Virus record (IMG/VR): IMGVR_UViG_3300032309_000977
Span: 1-61,021 of that record
DNA: 61,021 bases
Source of the DNA: a virus
Taxonomy: Duplodnaviria; Caudoviricetes
Strand: one strand, 5' to 3'
A model generated the notes under the pieces. That model did not search any database. It was given only the letters and a program-made list of their open reading frames with translations, and had not been told where the DNA came from. Of the stretch, positions 29,639 to 37,571 are shown piece by piece. A program made the translations under genes and the position numbers. Position 1 is the first letter of the stretch, and each line of letters begins with the position of its first letter.

Positions 29639-29656
29639 TCTTTAGAGGTTAGAATC

Positions 29657-29693
29657 AAGGGGCGATGGTGGTGTAAACTACCATCGCCCCTTT
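29657..29693 (+). terminator. GC-rich stem-loop/terminator after the MCP gene
   Basis: AAGGGGCGATGGTGG-tgtaaa-CTACCATCGCCCCTT(T). Confidence 0.75.
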
Positions 29694-29723
29694 AGCATTA
29701 CACGTACAACACTAGGAGAAAAC

Positions 29724-29951
29724 ATGACAAAGAAAACTAATCAATTTGCTGAACCAATTGAAGAAGCAGAAGAAATTGCAGTGCCTGTTCCTGAAAAAGG
29801 AAGCGACCTTAAGCAAGCACGTATCAAGGGAACTTGGAACATGTACTGGGGTGGCAAAGTGTATAATTTTGTGGATGGTAAAACGTTTAACATTCCACAA
29901 GAATTGTTTGACCATCTGAAGAATTACGGAAACATCTACGACACTCTGTAA
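29724..29951 (+). CDS. small head-associated hypothetical protein
   Basis: AGGAG RBS, follows MCP. Confidence 0.6.
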   Translation: MTKKTNQFAEPIEEAEEIAVPVPEKGSDLKQARIKGTWNMYWGGKVYNFVDGKTFNIPQELFDHLKNYGNIYDTL

Positions 29952-29959
29952 GGAGTAAC

Positions 29960-30901
29960 ATGCCTGGGTTTACAATTCCCAACGCACCAGATACAGATAA
30001 ATCTGGTTTAGACCAATCAGAACCAGACCGTCTTGATTTTGAGGTTCTTGGAAACCGTCGTAAAGGAATTGTTACTGGTTGTGCAGTAACGGCATCATCA
30101 GGTAGCACTGTTTCAGTTTCGTCTGGAACGGCCTACCTGAATGATGCTTTTTACGCTGTCTCTGCTAACGCTGCTTTGGCTTTAACTGCGGCTCCATCTA
30201 CTGGAAACCGCTTTGACTTAGTAGTTGCTAGGTTGGCTACTGGAACAGTTACCGTTACCTTTATCACTGGTACCGCAAGCACAACCAACCCAACTTTCCC
30301 AACAATTACCGACAACGATGTGGTTCTTGCTGCTATCTACCGAAGGACAAGTCAATCAATTGTGTCAAATGACATTATTGATAAAAGAACATTTGTTCCT
30401 TCGCAAACAACCCTTTCAATTGTAAATGCCGACGTAAGCGCTTCAGCCGCAATTGCTTACAGCAAACTGAATCTTGCAAGCAGTATTACTTCAGCAGACA
30501 TTGTTAATGGAACTATTGCTACAGCAGATATTGCTGATAGTGCTATTACCACTGGAAAACTTGCTACTGGTGCAGCACAGGCTGGGTTTAGGTCTGTAGC
30601 AAACCAACAAACTGGGACAACTTATACACTTGGATTAGGTGACTTAGGTGGAATGGTTGAACTTAGTAACACTTCTCCAATTACCGTCACAGTCCCCTTA
30701 AATAGTGCGGTTGCCTTTGCAATCGGTGACCGAATTGATTTACTACAAACCAATACAGGCCAAGTAACTATACAAGGCGCTTCTGGTGTCACAGTAACCT
30801 CAGAAAGCAGTAAGACTAAATTAAATGGTCGTTGGGCTGCTGCAACGCTAATCAAGCGTGATACTAACAGTTGGGTCCTTATCGGAAACATTGTAGTGTG
30901 A
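29960..30901 (+). CDS. virion structural/fibre protein
   Basis: RFDLVVA...P..P....DVVLAAIY...I.DKR; C-terminal domain shared with 3777..4724. Confidence 0.7.
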   Translation: MPGFTIPNAPDTDKSGLDQSEPDRLDFEVLGNRRKGIVTGCAVTASSGSTVSVSSGTAYLNDAFYAVSANAALALTAAPSTGNRFDLVVARLATGTVTVTFITGTASTTNPTFPTITDNDVVLAAIYRRTSQSIVSNDIIDKRTFVPSQTTLSIVNADVSASAAIAYSKLNLASSITSADIVNGTIATADIADSAITTGKLATGAAQAGFRSVANQQTGTTYTLGLGDLGGMVELSNTSPITVTVPLNSAVAFAIGDRIDLLQTNTGQVTIQGASGVTVTSESSKTKLNGRWAAATLIKRDTNSWVLIGNIVV

Positions 30902-30904
30902 TAT

Positions 30905-31420
30905 ATGATTCCTGGAATCGTTTCTGCTTCAGGAGCAATAGGTCTTGACACTCCTACACTAAGTACTGCTTCAGGTGCTTATGGTGGCTTTACCTTTACT
31001 ATCACTAATTACGATTCCACCGTTACCTATGTACTGAGTACAAACTCAGGAAGTATTTCACGAACAACCAACACAGTTACTGTGTCTGGTTTGTCTAACG
31101 GTTCGTCTGCTACTGCATCAGTTACTGCTACTAAAACTGGCTACCTAAACTCAACAACGGCAACTAGAACTGGTACCGCATACCCAACCTGTTCATACAG
31201 TTCTTCGTATACGACTACAGAAGGTGGTAACTGCGGTACTTGTGGAATATTTGGAGGTGGGCAACCATCGTCAATCTCTTGTTACGACATACTTCACTAT
31301 GTAGCAAGCAACGCTCCATGTATGCAGGGAACTACAGTTATTACCAGTGAATGGACCTCTATTGGTGGTTGGTACACCTGTGGTGGTTCATGCTGTGCAA
31401 CCTGTGGAACTCTTTGTTAG
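30905..31420 (+). CDS. Ig-like + Cys-rich C-terminal protein (copy 3)
   Basis: TPTLS...FTITNYD...TVSGLSNG, then 10 Cys. Confidence 0.7.
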   Translation: MIPGIVSASGAIGLDTPTLSTASGAYGGFTFTITNYDSTVTYVLSTNSGSISRTTNTVTVSGLSNGSSATASVTATKTGYLNSTTATRTGTAYPTCSYSSSYTTTEGGNCGTCGIFGGGQPSSISCYDILHYVASNAPCMQGTTVITSEWTSIGGWYTCGGSCCATCGTLC

Positions 31421-31429
31421 GCTTTAAAC

Positions 31430-31654
31430 ATGGAAGAACCTAGAGACATGTTAAACCGTCCATATAATGCTTATGCTTACGTGCTAGATGGCGAAGTAGT
31501 ATGGATGCACAGAGTGGACACAGACATGGAAATGATTAACGCCATAATGTCGTCAGGCCCCACCATTGTGCCCGTTCCTGATGAAATTAAAGCAGACATC
31601 ATGCAGGGATGGGTTTACAATAAAAAAACTGGTACCTTTAGCAACCCTGCATAA
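31430..31654 (+). CDS. small tail-fibre-assembly-like protein
   Basis: RP...YAYVLDGEVVW.H...GWVY. Confidence 0.6.
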   Translation: MEEPRDMLNRPYNAYAYVLDGEVVWMHRVDTDMEMINAIMSSGPTIVPVPDEIKADIMQGWVYNKKTGTFSNPA

Positions 31655-31697
31655 CTTTAATAAGAATCAGGGTTATGAACCCTAGTACAATTGGACA

Positions 31698-31856
31698 GTG
31701 GAAGAACGACCAATCCCTAGACCATCTGGAACCGTAACGGATATTACCCGTATTCGTAGGACTATGACAAAACGACAAAGGGACGAACATCCAAGCGTCA
31801 ATTTCCCAGAACAAGACACCCTTCCAGGAACCGACTCTAGAGGAGAAATTGTATGA
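31698..31856 (+). CDS. 52-aa hypothetical protein (absent from the ORF track)
   Basis: GTG 6 nt after TACAAT; MEERPIPRPSGTVTDITRIRR...; ATGA overlap with the next gene. Confidence 0.5.
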   Translation: MEERPIPRPSGTVTDITRIRRTMTKRQRDEHPSVNFPEQDTLPGTDSRGEIV

Positions 31857-32656
31857 GCACTACTAACGAAGTATTGTCTGAAGTTGTTGAAATTGCCCGT
31901 AACTTCCTTCGTGATTTCCCTAAGTTCTTTCAAACTGCTTTTGATGTACAAACAAGAACATTTGAGTTAGGCCACCCTAACATTGATAAAGATTCTTTGT
32001 ACATTGCCATATACACATCCAATACACCTGTTGAGTTGGCTGCGTCGGCTTTTAGTCTTGACCAAAGAAATGGCATTGTTCGGTTAAATAGTACCCCTCC
32101 TGCCAATAGTCGCCTTATGGTTGAGGGTTACCACTATGAATGGGTACTTCCAAGTGACCTTGAATTTTATGCTAAACACGCTATGGAAGCACACAGTCAC
32201 AACCTTGATATTCCATTAGAACTTGCTACTCCAGCAGTTATTGACGTAGTGGGTATAGCAGCCCTTCTAGGGGCTTTGTGGGCGCTTATGACGGAGTATA
32301 GCCGTGATATTGACGTAATGACCTCAGAGTCTGTACACATTCCAGGAAGTCAGCGATACAATATGGTTCGCAGCCTAATTGAAAGTTGGGAACAAGAGTA
32401 TCGCACAAATGCAAAAGCCCTTAATATTGGACCTGAGCGCATAGAGGTAATGAACCTTCGCCGTGTTTCTCGTACTACTAACCGCTACGTACCTATTTAC
32501 AAAGCAAAAGAACTTGGTGACTATGGCCCAATTGAGCGCATATTCCCAGACCAAGATAACCAACATATTAAGTATCAAGTAGAAGAACCATTGCGTGAGG
32601 ACGTCTTTGTAGACGTAGACCCACCAATTGGTATTACCACGAATGCGTTTTACTAA
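31853..32656 (+). CDS. head-tail adaptor (neck) protein
   Basis: Position between head and sheath genes. Confidence 0.55.
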   Translation: MSTTNEVLSEVVEIARNFLRDFPKFFQTAFDVQTRTFELGHPNIDKDSLYIAIYTSNTPVELAASAFSLDQRNGIVRLNSTPPANSRLMVEGYHYEWVLPSDLEFYAKHAMEAHSHNLDIPLELATPAVIDVVGIAALLGALWALMTEYSRDIDVMTSESVHIPGSQRYNMVRSLIESWEQEYRTNAKALNIGPERIEVMNLRRVSRTTNRYVPIYKAKELGDYGPIERIFPDQDNQHIKYQVEEPLREDVFVDVDPPIGITTNAFY

Positions 32657-33189
32657 TGGATGTTCGCACTGAATTAGGTTTAATCCAAAAGCGTTATCGG
32701 GAGTACGCCCGTCACGTTGGTGAATCTATTATTTGGTATGAATTCTTGCCACTTGGTGCAGCCAGTGCGGGTTCAAAGTTTGATGACGTCTACGACGAAG
32801 GCGTTTATGGAACAGGTGGGCGTAAGTACAAAACGGGAGTTGTTATCCCAGTCCTAATGATTACCGAAACTGAAGACCAAAAGCGTTCTATTCCTGAAGG
32901 TCGTCAACCTGTAGAAGTAACTAACTTTGTGGCATCCGTAGAAGAATTTCGTTCCGCAGGCGTTTCAGAACCATGGGAATATCGCAGACACTTGAACGAC
33001 ATGTTTTTATACGATGGAAGATACTTTACAGTAACTTCCTATAAGATTCGTGGTAGGGCTAAAGACGACATTGTGGTTGTGATTGAAGGTCTAGAAGTCT
33101 ACTATCAGCAAGAATTTGTATTTGACCCAAACATGACATTTAATTCTATTTATAACCTTCCTTGGCCTTCCAGCCTTCCTAATCTTTGA
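32656..33189 (+). CDS. head closure/stopper protein
   Basis: Synteny; D.F.YDGRYF.V beta motif. Confidence 0.55.
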   Translation: MDVRTELGLIQKRYREYARHVGESIIWYEFLPLGAASAGSKFDDVYDEGVYGTGGRKYKTGVVIPVLMITETEDQKRSIPEGRQPVEVTNFVASVEEFRSAGVSEPWEYRRHLNDMFLYDGRYFTVTSYKIRGRAKDDIVVVIEGLEVYYQQEFVFDPNMTFNSIYNLPWPSSLPNL

Positions 33190-33248
33190 TAAACTTCATA
33201 TAACCTTGATGAGCGTCAAGGGGTCACTTGCCTAGAGTTTGGAGCGTT

Positions 33249-33671
33249 ATGAGCGATGCTATTGCGTATACCCCCCAATACTCTAAAGGCTTTATACAAG
33301 GTCTTCCTGACATTGTAAATTACGCTAAGTTTCTTCAAAATGAGTTTCCAGAAGCGTTTGCAATTGCTTTACAAGAAACACTTAGGGAAGAACAATCAAT
33401 GCTTCAAGAAGACGCTTATGATTCTACCGCTGGCTGGTCAAACCTAAGTAGTGCTCTTTCCGTAGATTTTGATACGGCTACTGAGTACATCGTACACGGT
33501 ATTCCAGGAGATAAAAAAGAATCACGTAAGGCCACTGATTTGGAGTATGGAGTTCCAGGGCGAAATGCTCCAGCCCCACTAATCCGTTCTTTTGTAAAAG
33601 ACCGTGAATTAGATTTGGGGGAAAGTGTGGCAAAAAGGATTGACAACATCCTTAAGGACAAGTACAAATGA
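33249..33671 (+). CDS. neck/tail completion protein (HK97 gp10-like)
   Basis: LEYG......P.P.IR motif; GGAG before ATG 33249. Confidence 0.55.
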   Translation: MSDAIAYTPQYSKGFIQGLPDIVNYAKFLQNEFPEAFAIALQETLREEQSMLQEDAYDSTAGWSNLSSALSVDFDTATEYIVHGIPGDKKESRKATDLEYGVPGRNAPAPLIRSFVKDRELDLGESVAKRIDNILKDKYK

Positions 33672-34345
33672 GTCGTACTGGGTTTTTGCTCGCTGAAGAC
33701 GAGGCTCTAAAGAAACTATTTAACGGCATGACCGTGTATGATGATAGGAATGCCGCTAGACCCGTACAAGTTTTCTTCCGTTACCCAGAAGGTGAAACCG
33801 AACGTGAATATCCTTTTATTACTATTGAGCATATTGATATTGTTCACGCTCGCAATCGCCAGCATTCTGAGAATACTATTTACTACCAAACTGACGGACT
33901 GGGAGCGTCCTCTGGACCAGACGCCATGTACTACTGGCCCAGTTACTCCACAAACTTTGACTTCATCACCAACAAAGACGACTACGCCTTATTAGAAGCA
34001 AACGAATTTGTTCCTGTAGACCTGCTTTACCAGATATCTACGTTTACAAGAACAGTATTGCATGACCGTCAATTGTCACAACAGATGCTAATTAGAACCC
34101 TTCCCTTTAGAAGGGGCTTCATTGAGATTCCTGCTGACAACACTATTCGCCGTTTAGACCTACTTGATTGGACTACGGCTGACCTTCTTGACCCTGAAGC
34201 AGGTTATCGCAAGCGTATTTTTCGTAAAGTTTATACAGTTCAGATGTCGGCTGAAATACCTTCATCTGTTCTTACAGGTGTTCGTAGTGTTCAAACTACG
34301 AATATTACTATCCAGAGCACACCGTCGGGCGCATTGCCCACCTAA
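33668..34345 (+). CDS. tail terminator protein
   Basis: YPFITI, PVDLLYQI; immediately before the sheath. Confidence 0.6.
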   Translation: MSRTGFLLAEDEALKKLFNGMTVYDDRNAARPVQVFFRYPEGETEREYPFITIEHIDIVHARNRQHSENTIYYQTDGLGASSGPDAMYYWPSYSTNFDFITNKDDYALLEANEFVPVDLLYQISTFTRTVLHDRQLSQQMLIRTLPFRRGFIEIPADNTIRRLDLLDWTTADLLDPEAGYRKRIFRKVYTVQMSAEIPSSVLTGVRSVQTTNITIQSTPSGALPT

Positions 34346-34421
34346 AGCGGCTGAACACTATTTGAGGCATAATGGTAAGCAAACACTTTCAAGCAAAGTA
34401 TCTTTTTTCTAAGGAGCAATA

Positions 34422-35933
34422 ATGCCAGCATATACACGACCAGGGGTTTACGTCACCGAAGGTCCTTTCTCAACAACGGCTGCTACTGGTGCGTCTACAG
34501 TTGCCGCTGCTTTTGTTGGGCCTGTTGCACGAGGACCAATCACTCCAACATTGGTAACTTCATGGACCGCTTACAAAGCGTTGTTTGGTGATTTGAGTTC
34601 ATCTTACGAACTTCCTTACGCTGTCTACCATTACTTTGCTAATGGTGGTCGCAATGCGTACATTTCTCGTGTGTACAACGGAACTACTACAACTGCTGCA
34701 TCAACTGCATTTGTAAACATTACAGGAACTGTTAACGGTGGTTCATCAACTACTGTATTTAAACTTTCAGCAGATAACCCAGGTGCTTGGGGCAATAGCC
34801 TAACCGCAACTGTTACTGCTGGTTTGGTAACAGGAAATACACCAACGTTTACATTAACTATTCTTCTTTCTGGCGTAGAAGTTGAACGATGGTCAGAACT
34901 TAGTTTAGACCCTGCTTCTAATCGTTTTGTATCTACCATTGTTAACAACTACTCCACATACGTATCTGTTTCTGCTGTTGCTGTATACACATCTAGTTAT
35001 ACGTTGGCAACTGTAACTGCCAGTGCTTTTGCAAGTGGTAGTGATGGAACTGCTGCAAACGGAACTGAAACTAGCACTCAGTGGTCTAACGCAGTAAGTC
35101 GTTTGGACCTTGTAAGCCAAGAATTAGTTCTTAACCTTCCAGGAATGACTACTGCTGCAATTGTTAACTCCACTTTGAGTTATGCAGAAGGTCGTGGTGA
35201 CGTTTTTGTAGTAATTGACCCAGCAACAGTAACTTCTGGTGCCGATGCTTTGACCGCAGTGTCTGGTTATAACGCTTCGTCTTATGGCGCTGTGTATTAT
35301 CCAAAACTTATGATGGTTGACCCAGCAAAAACTGGAACCGCATCTATTCGTTCAACTTTTCCAGGTGGTGCAATCCTTGGTTTGTACAGCCGTGTAGAAA
35401 CTGAACGAACGGTAGCCAAGGCTCCTGCTGGATACGCTTACGATGTCCGTGGAGCATTTGGTGTTGAAACCAAATTCACAGAAGCGGAAGAAGGTTCACT
35501 GTACTCAGGCCATGTAAACACCCTAAAGGCAATTGCAGGTAGTGGTGTAATTATCAATGGTGCTCGTACCTTGAAGAAAACAGACATTACAAAGTTTGTA
35601 CCAACTCGCCGTAGTCTCAACTACATTAAGGCTCAAAGCAAGTTGCTTACACAGTTTGCACTGTTTGAACCAAACAACGAACGACTTTGGACCAGTATCC
35701 AAAGCACCCTTTCAAAGTTCCTGTCGGCTTTCTGGGCTGCTGGTGGACTCAAGGGACGTACTACATCGGAAGCGTTCTACATTATTTGTGATTCGTCAAA
35801 CAACACGCAATCAAGTATTGAAAATGGAGAAGTCCGAATTGAAGTAGGTGTTGCTTTGCAAACGCCTGCTGAATTTATCGTAATCAACGTAACACAGTTC
35901 ACAGGTGGCACTTCAGCCGCTGAGAATGTGTAA
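34422..35933 (+). CDS. tail sheath protein
   Basis: Y.RPGVYV.E, AAFVG...RGP, KAPAG, FEPN, PAEFIVI. Confidence 0.95.
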   Translation: MPAYTRPGVYVTEGPFSTTAATGASTVAAAFVGPVARGPITPTLVTSWTAYKALFGDLSSSYELPYAVYHYFANGGRNAYISRVYNGTTTTAASTAFVNITGTVNGGSSTTVFKLSADNPGAWGNSLTATVTAGLVTGNTPTFTLTILLSGVEVERWSELSLDPASNRFVSTIVNNYSTYVSVSAVAVYTSSYTLATVTASAFASGSDGTAANGTETSTQWSNAVSRLDLVSQELVLNLPGMTTAAIVNSTLSYAEGRGDVFVVIDPATVTSGADALTAVSGYNASSYGAVYYPKLMMVDPAKTGTASIRSTFPGGAILGLYSRVETERTVAKAPAGYAYDVRGAFGVETKFTEAEEGSLYSGHVNTLKAIAGSGVIINGARTLKKTDITKFVPTRRSLNYIKAQSKLLTQFALFEPNNERLWTSIQSTLSKFLSAFWAAGGLKGRTTSEAFYIICDSSNNTQSSIENGEVRIEVGVALQTPAEFIVINVTQFTGGTSAAENV

Positions 35934-35942
35934 GGAGAAGCC

Positions 35943-36590
35943 ATGGCTTTAGCAACACGCACAGACCCACTACGCAACTTTAAGTTCCTTATTCAGATTG
36001 TTCCAAGCAGTGGTCTTCAGACCCATGCACCGAACCTTCCAAAATTGGGCTTTATGGAAATGAGTGGCCTCAGTGTCACCAATGAACTGATTGCTTACCG
36101 TGAAGGTGGAATGAATACCCACCCACACAAGATGGTAGGTCAGTCAGACTTCCCACCTGTTTCATTCTCACGTGGCGTATTTGCTACCGAAGGTGGAACT
36201 GCTGGAGATGGAGACAAAGGTCTATGGAACTGGCAAACCTTTATTCACGCTTGGCAACAGGGCGTCCCTACAGGTAGTGCTGGATTGGCTCAGTCCAATG
36301 GCGACAGTGACTACCGTTGTGACATCATTGTAAAAGTTTACGACCACCCATACACACGAACTGGTACATCGTATCTAGATAGTGACGTTGTTGGTGAAGG
36401 TCAAAGCATCAAGCCAGGAAATGTTCGTTTGGCATTCAAACTGTTCAACACCTGGCCTGGAGTTTTTGCAATGAACGGATTGAACGCTGGAGACAACGGA
36501 ATCCTCATTCAACAAATGACCCTCCACCACGAAGGTTTTTACATCGCTTGGAACCAATCAGAAATTGATAACATCGCAGCAATTCGCTGA
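35943..36590 (+). CDS. tail tube protein (T4 gp19-like)
   Basis: DPLRNFKF, GF..MSGL, YREGG, L.HEG. Confidence 0.9.
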   Translation: MALATRTDPLRNFKFLIQIVPSSGLQTHAPNLPKLGFMEMSGLSVTNELIAYREGGMNTHPHKMVGQSDFPPVSFSRGVFATEGGTAGDGDKGLWNWQTFIHAWQQGVPTGSAGLAQSNGDSDYRCDIIVKVYDHPYTRTGTSYLDSDVVGEGQSIKPGNVRLAFKLFNTWPGVFAMNGLNAGDNGILIQQMTLHHEGFYIAWNQSEIDNIAAIR

Positions 36591-36632
36591 TACATTACAT
36601 AAATAATAATTGTTAACTAGTAGGAGTAGTAC

Positions 36633-37427
36633 ATGAGTAAATCAATAGCGTCTGATGCCGAAGCAGTAAATCAAGCAATTCAAGACCCCGCACCTCAAAT
36701 TGCAAGCCCTAAAAGTTTGCAAGTTGAGTTGTTGCGGGGATTCTTTGATGGAACTGAGTGGCAAACCAGTGCGTCAGTTAAAGAACTAACTGGAGTAGAT
36801 GAAGAAGCACTTGCGGCTTTTGATATTCGCAATGGAGTTTCATATTCAGAATATATGACCCATTTGCTTAAACGTTCAGTGGTAGACATTGGTGCTACCC
36901 GTGTTGAGGACAACCCAGCAATACTAGATAATCTTATTATCGGTGACCGTGACGTTTTGTTCCTAGGAACACTAAAAGCAACATATGGTCGTTACCGTGA
37001 GTTTGAATTGATTTGTCGGGAATGTGAAGGACACAACGACATTAAGATTGACCTTGAAGATGATTTTAAAGTAGACGAATCATCGGAAGATTTAAGGGTG
37101 CCTTTATCTGCAACGCTTCGTGACGGTACAGTTATCCAATTAAATTACCCTACTGGGGCAGACAGTCAATACGTATCTAAGAAGGCTAAAACAACGGCTG
37201 AACAAAACACATTAATGCTTGCTCGTTGTGCAGTACTCCCAGGAATGGACCGACCTCAAGCAGAGGTGTGGGCAAAGAATCTCAATCTGGCTGACCGTAA
37301 CAAGTTGGTTAAGACGCTTCTTTCTGCACAGCCAGGACCTCGTATGGAGGAGGTGGAGACCCAATGCGCCCACTGTAATGCTAAACTTGTTCTAGCCTTA
37401 GATTGGGTCTCCCTTTTATTTGGCTAA
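36633..37427 (+). CDS. tail/baseplate assembly chaperone with two CxxC motifs
   Basis: ELTG.DEE, GDRD, CREC, CAHC; between tube and tape measure. Confidence 0.75.
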   Translation: MSKSIASDAEAVNQAIQDPAPQIASPKSLQVELLRGFFDGTEWQTSASVKELTGVDEEALAAFDIRNGVSYSEYMTHLLKRSVVDIGATRVEDNPAILDNLIIGDRDVLFLGTLKATYGRYREFELICRECEGHNDIKIDLEDDFKVDESSEDLRVPLSATLRDGTVIQLNYPTGADSQYVSKKAKTTAEQNTLMLARCAVLPGMDRPQAEVWAKNLNLADRNKLVKTLLSAQPGPRMEEVETQCAHCNAKLVLALDWVSLLFG

Positions 37428-37569
37428 TTTGGTAAACGTTTATTGGGAATACGAAACGATTGCCTCTACGTATAGAGGTTTTGGTCTGGGGGATATCCAG
37501 ACTATGACAGTTCGTCAGCGAGCATTTTGGGTATCCATGGCTCGTTGGAGAAACTCCTCTAAAGGATAA
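37420..37569 (+). CDS. small chaperone C-terminal ORF (candidate frameshift extension)
   Basis: +1 frame open 37402-37569: LANLVNVYWEYETIASTYRGFGLGDIQTMTVRQRAFWVSMARWRNSSKG; fills the gap up to the tape measure gene. Confidence 0.6.
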   Translation: MANLVNVYWEYETIASTYRGFGLGDIQTMTVRQRAFWVSMARWRNSSKG

Positions 37570-37571
37570 CT

